NCBI GenBank assembly: GCA_000991405.1 | Contig: LBRL01000001.1 | Coordinates: 222,172-286,171 of the forward strand | DNA: 64,000 nt | Direction: 5' to 3' | From: Candidatus Nomurabacteria bacterium GW2011_GWD2_36_14 | GTDB taxonomy: Bacteria; Patescibacteriota; Minisyncoccia; Phycocordibacterales; UBA9973 | Part shown: positions 29,311 through 38,183 of the stretch, piece by piece | How positions within the stretch are numbered: position 1 is the first letter of the stretch | Layout: every line of letters begins with the position of its first letter | Notes under the pieces: generated by a model | Told to the model about the DNA's origin: nothing | Database searches by the model: none | The model's input: only the letters and a program-made list of their open reading frames with translations | Made by a program: the position numbers and the translations under genes

Positions 29311-29901
29311 ATGGATAATAAAACAAACGATGGTGTTCCCGTTAATTCAAAATTTAAGAAATTTATAGCTGATGGTTGGGATCTTATCAAGTTCGCAGTT
29401 ATGGCGTTAGTCATAGTTATCCCTATCCGTCTTTGGATAGCTCAACCTTTCGTAGTCTCAGGCGAGTCTATGCACCCTACTTTCGAAGACGGCCAATACT
29501 TGATAGTCGATGAACTATCATATATCACTGGAAATGCAGAAAGAGGAGACGTTGTAATATTTCGTTACCCAAATGACACCAAAAGATTTTTCATAAAAAG
29601 AGTAATAGGACTCCCTAATGAAAAGATAATTGTTAAGGATGATAGTGTCACAATTATAAACAAAGAGCATCCCGATGGATTGAAACTTACAGAACCTTAC
29701 CTCAACGAAAAGATATTCGGACCAACAGGTGAATACACCACGAAAGACAATGAGTACTTCGTCATGGGCGACAATAGAAACAGAAGCTCAGATTCTAGAT
29801 TCTGGGGAGTACTACCACAGAAGCTAATGATAGGACGTGCTTACCTCCGACTTCTACCACTCAAAGAGATGTCATACTTACCAGGAGAATATAAACAATA
29901 A
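29311..29901 (+). CDS. lepB: Signal peptidase I
   Basis: GESMHPT (catalytic Ser box) and GDNRNRSSDSRFWG. Confidence 0.9.
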   Translation: MDNKTNDGVPVNSKFKKFIADGWDLIKFAVMALVIVIPIRLWIAQPFVVSGESMHPTFEDGQYLIVDELSYITGNAERGDVVIFRYPNDTKRFFIKRVIGLPNEKIIVKDDSVTIINKEHPDGLKLTEPYLNEKIFGPTGEYTTKDNEYFVMGDNRNRSSDSRFWGVLPQKLMIGRAYLRLLPLKEMSYLPGEYKQ

Positions 29902-29906
29902 TACAT

Positions 29907-31205
29907 ATGAGCCAAAATACAAATAAAAAGAACAAAGATCCCTTCCAGTCAATAAAAGGAATGCGAGATATTGCCGATGAGCAGTACTATCACTTTCAAG
30001 GCTTCTTTGAGAAAGCTCAAGAAATAGCTGTCTACTACGGATTCAAGCCTATAGAAACTCCTATAGTAGAGCAGGAAGGTGTCTTCACTTCCTCTATCGG
30101 AGAAGGCACGGATATTATCGACAAAGAAATGTATACTCTCAAGACTAAGGGTGGGGATCACCTAGCTCTACGTCCTGAACACACTGCAGGTCTTATGCGT
30201 AGCTATATAGAGCACGGAATGCAATCTCTTCCTCAACCTCTCCTTTTCTATACATATGGACCAAGCTTCAGACATGATAATCCTCAGAAGGGTCGCTATC
30301 GTCAATTCTACCAATTTGACATGGATGCACTTGGAAGCGAAAAGAGTATTCTCGACGCCCTAGTAATAAAGACTACATGGACAATCCTCGAAGAAGCCGG
30401 AGCCAAGAACTTGTCTGTCGATATCAATTCCATTGGCGACAAAGAATGCCGAGCAGGCTATATCAAGGAACTTGTATCTTATTACAAGAAGAATCTCAGT
30501 TCCCTTCCAGCTATTGATCGTGAGAGACTGAAAACCAACCCACTTCGCATCCTTGATTCTAAAGAAGAGAAGACTATCGAGCTCAACCAGAATGCTCCCG
30601 ACACTCTCTCTCATCTTTGCCCTGCATGTAAAAAGCACTTCAAAGAAGTTCTAGAATACTTGGAGAAAATGGAAATCCCATACAATATCAACAAGTGTCT
30701 AGTTCGTGGGCTTTCGTACTACACAAGGACAGTTGTGGAAATAATGATAGAAGATGAAGAAACTGGTAAGATGATTACTATTGCAGGTGGAGGACGCTAC
30801 GACTACCTAGGCAAACAGCTAGGCTCCAAGAAAGATGTCCCTGCTGTTGGCATAGCCATAGGAGTTGACCGAGTAGTAGAAGCTCCTTGGTTTTCAAAAC
30901 TTTGCCCACGTATTATAAAAAAGCCAAAGATATACTTCATTCAACTTGGATTTGATGCAAAACTTAAATCTTTAAATGTTATTGAAATACTACGCAAAGG
31001 GAAAGTGCCCATAGCTCAGTCAATTTCTAAAGACAACTTAGGTGCACAGCTAGCAGTAGCCGAGAAGCTTGGTATGCATTATGCTATTATCTTCGGACAG
31101 AAAGAAGCTATGGAGAATTCTGTAATCTTCCGAGATATGAGCAACAGATCTCAAGACACTGTGAAGCTTCCAAATCTACTTGAATATATAAAAAATCTTA
31201 AATAA
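29907..31205 (+). CDS. hisS: Histidine--tRNA ligase
   Basis: Class II aaRS motifs; GMRDI, FRHDNPQKGRYRQFYQ, GGGRYD. Confidence 0.9.
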   Translation: MSQNTNKKNKDPFQSIKGMRDIADEQYYHFQGFFEKAQEIAVYYGFKPIETPIVEQEGVFTSSIGEGTDIIDKEMYTLKTKGGDHLALRPEHTAGLMRSYIEHGMQSLPQPLLFYTYGPSFRHDNPQKGRYRQFYQFDMDALGSEKSILDALVIKTTWTILEEAGAKNLSVDINSIGDKECRAGYIKELVSYYKKNLSSLPAIDRERLKTNPLRILDSKEEKTIELNQNAPDTLSHLCPACKKHFKEVLEYLEKMEIPYNINKCLVRGLSYYTRTVVEIMIEDEETGKMITIAGGGRYDYLGKQLGSKKDVPAVGIAIGVDRVVEAPWFSKLCPRIIKKPKIYFIQLGFDAKLKSLNVIEILRKGKVPIAQSISKDNLGAQLAVAEKLGMHYAIIFGQKEAMENSVIFRDMSNRSQDTVKLPNLLEYIKNLK

Positions 31206-31211
31206 AATTAT

Positions 31212-31769
31212 ATGGTTGAAATCATTCAAAGTGAAAATCCGGTTTTGCGTAAAATTGCAAAGGAGGTGCCTGTTGCAAATATAACAAAGCCCAAAATACA
31301 AAAGATTCTAAATGATATGAAAGTAGCTCTGAATTCTCAGAATGATGGCGTGGCTATTGCTGCTCCACAGATCGGAGTCTCACTTCGAATCTTTGTCGTT
31401 TCAGGAAGAATCTTTGACGAAGATTTCATTCGAGGTAAGGGCTCAACAGAAAAGAATTTATATAAAAAGCCTCGCGAGAAAGATCTCGTCTTCATTAATC
31501 CAGTATTATCAAAAATCTCCAAGGATAGGAAGCTAATGTCTGAAGGATGTCTGTCTGTACGACCTATCTATGGCAAGGTTCGCCGTGCTACCCGCGCTAC
31601 AGTCGAAGCTTATGATGAGAATGGTAAGAAGTTCACTAAGAGTGGCAGTGGCCTCCTAGCACATATATTCCAGCATGAGACAGACCACTTGGATGGAATC
31701 TTGTTTACCGACAAAGCCAAAGACATGTATGAATCTTTCGACTTAGAAGAACCTAAGGAGAAACAATAA
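31212..31769 (+). CDS. def: Peptide deformylase
   Basis: EGCLS and QHETDHLDG motifs. Confidence 0.9.
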   Translation: MVEIIQSENPVLRKIAKEVPVANITKPKIQKILNDMKVALNSQNDGVAIAAPQIGVSLRIFVVSGRIFDEDFIRGKGSTEKNLYKKPREKDLVFINPVLSKISKDRKLMSEGCLSVRPIYGKVRRATRATVEAYDENGKKFTKSGSGLLAHIFQHETDHLDGILFTDKAKDMYESFDLEEPKEKQ

Positions 31770-31774
31770 TCTAA

Positions 31775-32629
31775 ATGACAACTAAAAATCTAAAATTTGT
31801 ATTCTTTGGTACGCCGATGGTTGCAAGTAAAACGCTTGAGATTATGAAAGAGAAAGGATACTTGCCGTCGCTTATCGTCACCTCTCCTCCTGCCCCATCT
31901 GGACGCGGGCTTCTAATGCACGAAACTCCTGTCGCTCTGTGGGCAAAGGAGAATGGCATAGAGTGTCTTACTCCAGAAAAAATTGATGATGAATTTACTT
32001 TGAAACTTTCAACTTTGAACTTTCAACTTTTTGTGGTTGTTGCTTATGGGAAGATACTACCAGAGACTCTGATAAAAGCCCCTCGTCTTGGTACTATCAA
32101 TATTCACTATTCCCTACTTCCAAAGTACAGAGGCGCTTCCCCTCTAGAAGCAACACTTCTAAATGGAGATGAAGTGACTGGTATTAGTATCCAGCAAATG
32201 GAATACAAGCTAGATAGTGGCAAGATAATAATACAAGAAGAATTAGAAATTGGAATAAACGACACCAAGGAAGAACTCCGCGAAGAGCTCATAAACCTTG
32301 GAGCAAATTGCTTATGCGATATTCTACCAGAGATAGAGTCAGAAAATATTGTCCCCAAACTACAAGATGAATCACAAGTAACCTTCTGTAAGAAAATTAA
32401 GAAAGAAGACGGCGAAATAGATATAAATGGTAACCCAAGAGAGAATTGGAACAAGTATAGGGCTTTCTACGGATGGCCGGGGGTATTCTTCTTTGCTGAA
32501 AGGCATGGAAAGAAGTTGAGAATTAAAATAAAATGGGCATCTTATCAGAACAACTCGTTTGTCATCAAACGAGTTGTTCCTGAAGGAAAGAAGGAAATGA
32601 GCTACGAAGAATTCCTAAAGTGGAATTAA
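31775..32629 (+). CDS. fmt: Methionyl-tRNA formyltransferase
   Basis: FFGTP N-terminus, NIHYSLLPKYRGASP. Confidence 0.9.
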   Translation: MTTKNLKFVFFGTPMVASKTLEIMKEKGYLPSLIVTSPPAPSGRGLLMHETPVALWAKENGIECLTPEKIDDEFTLKLSTLNFQLFVVVAYGKILPETLIKAPRLGTINIHYSLLPKYRGASPLEATLLNGDEVTGISIQQMEYKLDSGKIIIQEELEIGINDTKEELREELINLGANCLCDILPEIESENIVPKLQDESQVTFCKKIKKEDGEIDINGNPRENWNKYRAFYGWPGVFFFAERHGKKLRIKIKWASYQNNSFVIKRVVPEGKKEMSYEEFLKWN

Positions 32630-33012
32630 TATTTTGAAGTGAAAGGATTTCTTCTTGAAACTCCTTTGATCATTTTCTTGACACTGATAGCACCTCTTTT
32701 GTACAGAGTCTCCTTTTTGTTCTTATTACTTTTAATCTTTCTTACGAGTTCATCTTTCGCATCATCAATAGACTTATACAAGTCACTCTTCTCGGAAGTA
32801 GTGAAGAACTTCTCCCCATCTATCGTCACATCAAATTCTGCCTTAAAATAATTCCCCTGCTTGTGATGATTCGTGGTTTTACCAACTTCTACATAAACAA
32901 TCATTTCCTCTCCACTTGGAGCAAACTTACTGATTGAGTCTATCTTCTTATTCACGTAGTCAGTAACAGTAGTAGTTAGCTCTATATTCGTTCCCTTTAT
33001 ATTTGTAGTCAT
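32626..33012 (-). CDS. hpf: Ribosome hibernation promoting factor (RaiA/HPF family)
   Basis: NIELTTTVTDYVNKKI...YVEV...KAEFDV pattern. Confidence 0.8.
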   Translation of the reverse strand: MTTNIKGTNIELTTTVTDYVNKKIDSISKFAPSGEEMIVYVEVGKTTNHHKQGNYFKAEFDVTIDGEKFFTTSEKSDLYKSIDDAKDELVRKIKSNKNKKETLYKRGAISVKKMIKGVSRRNPFTSKY

Positions 33013-33063
33013 ATGATATAAATTAGATTATTGATAATACTTATATTATACACTATAAAGGTA

Positions 33064-33291
33064 TTAATCAGGAATATTGATACTAAGTATTTTACTAGGG
33101 CTTTGGTGCCCACTTATAATACGTACAGACTTCACATTTATCGCATAGATAGAAGCTATTATCTCGCGTACACGGGTATTGGCCAAGTTCCTTTCGGCTG
33201 GAACTTTCACAGATATGCTATAAGCATTATCGGACTTCTGGGTTACAATTTCCTTTTTTGCACTAGCTACAACTTTTACTTTGATATACAT
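33064..33291 (-). CDS. DUF167/YggU-family protein
   Basis: KVKVVASAKKE...SISVKVPAERNLAN...INVKSVRIISGHQSPSKIL. Confidence 0.65.
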   Translation of the reverse strand: MYIKVKVVASAKKEIVTQKSDNAYSISVKVPAERNLANTRVREIIASIYAINVKSVRIISGHQSPSKILSINIPD

Positions 33292-33294
33292 ATT

Positions 33295-34791
33295 TTATCC
33301 AAAAACTAGAATCCCAATTAATCCTATAATTGAGAGATAGATGAGGCAAGGAACGATGACTCCCTTTAGCACCTTTGTCTCAGAATTCTTCAGACCTGTG
33401 ACAGCTTCTGCCGTTAGGATATCTGCCAAGGCTATCATGTTGCCAGCTGCTGCTCCGACAACTCCCAGAGACAGAATAGCACTAGAATATAAATTCAACT
33501 TGAGAGATGCGACGTGGAATAGATTGCCAAACATAATGTTCGACACTGTTACACTTCCTGTCATGAAAGCTCCAAAAGCTCCGACAAACGGAGTAAAGAA
33601 TGGAAGCCAAGTTGTCGAAAAGGAATTGGTAATAAGAGTAATAGCCGAATATATTCCCGAGCTATTGTTCCCTCCATTTATCATAAGCTGAACCATGGCC
33701 AGCATAGAGAATACAACCAAGAATGGGTTGAGTGCCCCACTAAAACCTTTCTTCACTGAACTATAAATTATATTCCACTTTTCTTTCCATATTAGAATCA
33801 CCAATAATCCCGAAATGATAAAAATAAATCCCGGATTAAACACATTGAAAGTATGATTAAAGCCCAGAGATAAAGGTACGCCTATCTTGCCCAACGTAAT
33901 CTTCCCCAGTATCAACAAGACGATGAAAATAATATATGGCAAGAATGCTTTAAATGCTGACACGGATGACTCACTGACTCGGTCTTCTATTAAGGACAAC
34001 TTTTCTTTGGGGACAAGAAAACCTACCTTGATAGAAATTATTATTATGGATAAGCCAACGATCGAACCTATAATAGATGGGAATTCTTGACCCAAGGAAA
34101 CAGCCAAGAGAGAAGGTATGACGAAGGCTAGTCCTGACCAGACAGCAAATGGTAATGCATCCCAAAATTCTTTCTTTCTATTTACTCTTCCAGATGTTAT
34201 AACCCAGAGCATAAAGACTGGGACTATGAATCCGACAGTGTTGAGTAATGCGGAGATGAGGGGTACACCTGCTACATTTAAACCCACGAAGCCCATCTTG
34301 ATAGGAGTGCCCGCTGCTCCGAAAACTCCCGGTATACTATTGCCCAATAGACCTACAACCAAAGCTCTAACAGGTGACAATCCTAACCCTATCAGTATCG
34401 GCACAGCGATAGCAGCCGGAGTTCCAAACCCTGCCGTCCCCTCTATAAAGCACTCCAAGAACCAAGCAATGATTATGATCTGAATTCTATAATCTTCTGA
34501 TATGACTCCTAGGTAGTGTGATATATTCTTGATAATCTTTAAATCTTTTAAAGTTTCCAGAAAGAAAATCGCTCCAAATATTATAATGAAGATATCAATA
34601 GCCACGAAGAATCCCTTCCCATAAGATATATAAAGGAATGATGGAAATATCTTCCAATACACGACAGAGAGGATGGTATATATAGCCAATGTTGATACTG
34701 ATGCAACGAGAACAGACGTCTTCTTCACAAGTAGCAGAAATATGAAAACAATGAATGGAAAGATGGCAAAGATTAGTGGTAAGTGGCTCAT
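33295..34791 (-). CDS. Multi-pass transporter, L-lactate permease (LctP) family-like
   Basis: About 13 predicted TM helices; the N-terminal region resembles LctP. Confidence 0.5.
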   Translation of the reverse strand: MSHLPLIFAIFPFIVFIFLLLVKKTSVLVASVSTLAIYTILSVVYWKIFPSFLYISYGKGFFVAIDIFIIIFGAIFFLETLKDLKIIKNISHYLGVISEDYRIQIIIIAWFLECFIEGTAGFGTPAAIAVPILIGLGLSPVRALVVGLLGNSIPGVFGAAGTPIKMGFVGLNVAGVPLISALLNTVGFIVPVFMLWVITSGRVNRKKEFWDALPFAVWSGLAFVIPSLLAVSLGQEFPSIIGSIVGLSIIIISIKVGFLVPKEKLSLIEDRVSESSVSAFKAFLPYIIFIVLLILGKITLGKIGVPLSLGFNHTFNVFNPGFIFIISGLLVILIWKEKWNIIYSSVKKGFSGALNPFLVVFSMLAMVQLMINGGNNSSGIYSAITLITNSFSTTWLPFFTPFVGAFGAFMTGSVTVSNIMFGNLFHVASLKLNLYSSAILSLGVVGAAAGNMIALADILTAEAVTGLKNSETKVLKGVIVPCLIYLSIIGLIGILVFG

Positions 34792-34793
34792 AA

Positions 34794-35168
34794 TTATATC
34801 TCTTCTATGTCTTCTTTTATTTCTTTTAAATCTCTCTTTATTTCACCTAATGAGACTTCTTCTTTCTTAATTTCTGATTCGGTCTTCTCGTCAATCCTCT
34901 TCTCTCTCTTAATTCCTGAAATGATAATACTGTCTCCTACGAAAAAGGAAACGAAAAGTCCAGCGGACATAGAAATGAAAACTCCCAAGAATAGCGAGAC
35001 GAATCCAGACATTTGCATACTGTCTGCGATCATCCAAACTCCCCTCCAGATAAGTACCACTCCTATACTTCCGATAAATGCGTACAAGACTGGCCAATGA
35101 CTAAGTCTGTGTCGTATCATTGTCTTAATATGGTGCATGTAAGCAATCAACTTTTTTATTATTTTCAT
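34794..35168 (-). CDS. Hypothetical membrane protein with C-terminal coiled-coil/charged tail
   Basis: ORF with 2 TM helices. Confidence 0.4.
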   Translation of the reverse strand: MKIIKKLIAYMHHIKTMIRHRLSHWPVLYAFIGSIGVVLIWRGVWMIADSMQMSGFVSLFLGVFISMSAGLFVSFFVGDSIIISGIKREKRIDEKTESEIKKEEVSLGEIKRDLKEIKEDIEEI

Positions 35169-35205
35169 ATATTACTAATAATAACATAAATAATTTTAAA
35201 TACTA

Positions 35206-35244
35206 AAACAAAAGCGCCACCCGAAGGGTGGCGCTTTTGTTTTA
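35206..35244. terminator. Bidirectional intrinsic terminator
   Basis: aaaacaaaagcgccacccgaagggtggcgcttttgtttt. Confidence 0.8.
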
Positions 35245-35253
35245 GTAATGCTA

Positions 35254-35466
35254 TTAAACGCGTTCTACGTTTACTGCACTTGTTTTCTTCTCGCCGTTTC
35301 TTTCGTTCTCTTCTATTGTAAATGTGACAGTGTCACCTTCACGAAGATCTTCGAATGAAACACCGACAACTTTATCCTTGTGGAAAAAGACGTCACTGGA
35401 TTGACCTTCTACTGTAATGAATCCAAATGGCTTATCGGTAACGATTTTCTTGATAGTTCCTTTCAT
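35254..35466 (-). CDS. Cold-shock domain protein
   Basis: KPFGFI RNP-1-like motif and ...DVFFH. 70 aa. Confidence 0.8.
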   Translation of the reverse strand: MKGTIKKIVTDKPFGFITVEGQSSDVFFHKDKVVGVSFEDLREGDTVTFTIEENERNGEKKTSAVNVERV

Positions 35467-35589
35467 GTTATATGAGTTTGATTAAATGAATAATGTACAA
35501 AATAGAAATTACTAAATCGACTTATTTCAGATAATAGCTTTTGTGTCCTAATAGTAACACTAATCCATATATCAATCAATGGAGACTAC

Positions 35590-35726
35590 TTAGCTCTCTT
35601 GTGAACTGACTTCTTCTTGTCTTTCTTGCTTGCAAGCATTGCACTCTTGACTGCTAGACGTTTAGCTGTCTTGTGAGACCTTGGTGATTTCTTGTGTGGA
35701 CTAAGTCCTGTTTCTCTTTTTGCCAT
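35590..35726 (-). CDS. Small basic protein (45 aa) not in the ORF track; possibly ribosome-associated
   Basis: Manual translation MAKRETGLSPHKKSPRSHKTAKRLAVKSAMLASKKDKKKSVHKRAK. Very Lys/Arg-rich. Confidence 0.4.
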
Positions 35727-35830
35727 ATATATTGTTTATTACTAATAAGTACCCCTATTATACTTCAAATTACGAATTTTTGCTATACGTATTTTATTGC
35801 TATTGCTGTAACTACATTTACTGATACAAT

Positions 35831-36220
35831 ATGAGTATGAGAAAAATTTCATTTAAATCAAAAAATATAAAAATTATTGTTTTAATCTTGCTATGCTTTG
35901 CTTCCTTTGTAGTCTTTGTGTCTACCTTCAATCAATTATATAGAGAGGGTGACCTAAAAGTTGATTATGATTTCAAAACCAAGCAAAAGCACTTCCCTCG
36001 GACTATAGACATAAAGACGGTCAGCGCATGGATGACCTTCGACTATATAAATGTAATTTTCAAAATAGACCCAAACTACTTGAAGGAAACTCTTTCTATC
36101 AATGATCCTCGGTATCCCAATATCCGTATAGGTCATTATGTAAAACGTAATCAACTAAACGAAGCAACATTCTTTAGTGGATTAGAACAAGCCATTAGTA
36201 ATTATAATAACAATAAGTAA
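35831..36220 (+). CDS. Hypothetical N-terminally anchored membrane protein
   Basis: ORF with an N-terminal TM helix. Confidence 0.4.
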   Translation: MSMRKISFKSKNIKIIVLILLCFASFVVFVSTFNQLYREGDLKVDYDFKTKQKHFPRTIDIKTVSAWMTFDYINVIFKIDPNYLKETLSINDPRYPNIRIGHYVKRNQLNEATFFSGLEQAISNYNNNK

Positions 36221-36221
36221 T

Positions 36222-36827
36222 ATGGACTTCTTAGTTCAGGCTATAATACCCTACGTATTGCTCTATAAATATAGTGCTTTGTTTGTTATTACATTCCTAG
36301 CTTCTCTGATCGTACCTATACCCGCAGGGACACTATTGGTCGCTTCTTCTGCCTTCGCCAGCCAAGGATACTTCAACATGACAACCCTTATAATCACAGT
36401 TATCATTGCAAACATTATAGGCGACAATTTGTCGTACTGGCTAGCCAGACTTTATGGCAGAGTAATACTTTCGAAAGTAGCATTCTTCCGAAAGATACTA
36501 GCTTCCAAGAATTTCATTCTAGTAGAGAGAAGTATCGACCGGCACACTGGCCCATTTATCATAATTAGTCGCTTTGAAGTTATTTCAAATCTCACTGCCA
36601 ATATTATTTGTGGTATGAGTAAAGTTTCTTATAAAAAGTTCGTAACCTATGAGATTATAGGAACCTTTGCCAATGTGTCCTTCTATGCCACGCTTGGATA
36701 CTTCTTTGGTGATAGTTGGCAGGCGGTGAACAAGCTAATCGGCGACTTCAGTATTATCTTCTTCCTTCTAATTATTCTAGGAGTATCACTTTTCTGGAAA
36801 AAGATAACGGTAAGATTGAGTCGTTAA
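36222..36827 (+). CDS. DedA/VTT-family membrane protein
   Basis: LLVASSAFASQG...IIGDNLSYWLARLYGR. Confidence 0.7.
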   Translation: MDFLVQAIIPYVLLYKYSALFVITFLASLIVPIPAGTLLVASSAFASQGYFNMTTLIITVIIANIIGDNLSYWLARLYGRVILSKVAFFRKILASKNFILVERSIDRHTGPFIIISRFEVISNLTANIICGMSKVSYKKFVTYEIIGTFANVSFYATLGYFFGDSWQAVNKLIGDFSIIFFLLIILGVSLFWKKITVRLSR

Positions 36828-36842
36828 ATAAATCAAACACAA

Positions 36843-37802
36843 TTACTCCCACTCAAATCCCCTTCCAAAGTGTCCCCAAGTGCAAGTATCGCGAAATTTG
36901 ACTTGGTCTAATTTCAAGTACTCATGTATACCTCTTGGAGTGAGATCGTAGCCAGATATTTCCGACTCTTGCCCATCTATGACAGCTACCGCCATGACGG
37001 GCTCTTCTTGCCCTATAGCATAAGCGAGCTTTGTATAGACTTCTTTAGCATTATTCTTCTTCAGTAGTTCTACTGCTATCTTGCGAGCCATATAAGCTCC
37101 AGAGCGGTCAACCTTCGTATCATCCTTCCCCGAGAAGGAGCCTCCGCCTATCGTTATTTCTGGACCATAATTATCTACTATTAGCTTTCTTCCCGAGAGG
37201 CCTGTGTCTGCGTCAAATCCTCCCAAGGTCCATTCGCCTGCTGGATTTATAAGATATTTATCAGACTCAATAATACTTTTTACAAGTTCTAGTAATTTAT
37301 CGTTTTTTGTATTTTGAAAGCTAGCGACAACTGTAGTGACCACTCCATCCTTCACTGTTACTTGCGTCTTGCCATCATACGGATAAACTTCAAATATCTT
37401 TTGGCACAAATTCCGAGCAAGGTGGTACTCAAGTGGTAGGTATGAGTCCGTCTCACCTGTAGCATATCCTTTCATAATTCCCTGATCGCCAGCTCCACCA
37501 GTGTCTACACCTTGGGCTATTTGCGGACTTTGTAAAACAATATTTGAAATAATTTTAAAATCTTTACCAACTATATCTTTCACAACTTGCTCTATGTCTG
37601 GGTTTGCTTTTGAAGTTACCTCACCATTTATAGTTACAAGTCCATGCCCACCCATTACTTCTATTGCACAACGACTACTCTTGTCGCCATCTAGATATGC
37701 GTCTAATATACTGTCTGCAATAAAATCACATATTTTATCTGGATGCATTGGACTCACAAACTCTGCTGTCTTTATACTCATGCTTGATTCTTGGCCGAAC
37801 AT
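36843..37802 (-). CDS. metK: S-adenosylmethionine synthetase
   Basis: HPDKICDFIADSILDA..., GGGSFSGKDDTKVDRSGAYMAR. Confidence 0.85.
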   Translation of the reverse strand: MFGQESSMSIKTAEFVSPMHPDKICDFIADSILDAYLDGDKSSRCAIEVMGGHGLVTINGEVTSKANPDIEQVVKDIVGKDFKIISNIVLQSPQIAQGVDTGGAGDQGIMKGYATGETDSYLPLEYHLARNLCQKIFEVYPYDGKTQVTVKDGVVTTVVASFQNTKNDKLLELVKSIIESDKYLINPAGEWTLGGFDADTGLSGRKLIVDNYGPEITIGGGSFSGKDDTKVDRSGAYMARKIAVELLKKNNAKEVYTKLAYAIGQEEPVMAVAVIDGQESEISGYDLTPRGIHEYLKLDQVKFRDTCTWGHFGRGFEWE

Positions 37803-37869
37803 TTTTAATAAAATGTTTTAGGCTTAAATTAAAAAATTCTCTATTAAGAGAAAAGATATAGATGACTAG

Positions 37870-37992
37870 TCTTATCTTTCCACCGCGCCTTGCCGTAGCT
37901 TTATGCGTAGGCAGGTTTGTTGGCTGGATTTAGCACCTTGCTTTAGTAGGTTGCTGATGGGTCATTGAGCCAGTTGCTCTCGCCATACTCCT
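37870..37992 (-). promoter_or_regulatory. SAM-I (S-box) riboswitch in the metK leader
   Basis: Reverse complement reads UUAUCAGGAG..GGCGAGAGCAACUGGCUCAAUGACCCAUCAGCAACC...AAGGUGCUAAAUCCAGCC...GGAAAGAUAAGA. P1 pairs UUAUC/GAUAAG. Downstream there is a UUCUCU-UAAU-AGAGAA-U6 terminator-like hairpin. Confidence 0.8.
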
Positions 37993-38108
37993 GATAATTA
38001 ACTATTTAGTTGTAGATAGATTATAGCATAATATTAAAAATTATCTATTTCAGGGTCATTTTACTTTTCTCCCCTTTTTTGTTAATATACGGAAGTGAGT
38101 TTAAACAT

Positions 38109-38183
38109 TCCGTGGTAGCTCAGCGGTAGAGCGATCGCCTGTTAAGCGATTGGTCGTAGGTTCGATCCCTACCCACGGAGCCA
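38109..38183 (+). tRNA. tRNA-Asn (anticodon GUU), CCA encoded
   Basis: Acceptor TCCGTGG/CCACGGA, D-arm GCTCAGCGGTAGAGC, anticodon loop CTGTTAA, T-arm GTAGGTTCGATCCCTAC. Confidence 0.9.

Noticed and set aside
33031-34483. Plus-strand ORFs 33031-33309, 33341-33691, 33887-34090, 34118-34483
   Set aside because: Antisense to the DUF167 gene and the 498-aa transporter; translations are low-complexity.
37850-38000. GC-rich noncoding block considered as tmRNA or SRP RNA
   Set aside because: No tmRNA tag/tRNA-like end or SRP domain-IV motif was found. The reverse complement matches the SAM-I riboswitch consensus block by block.
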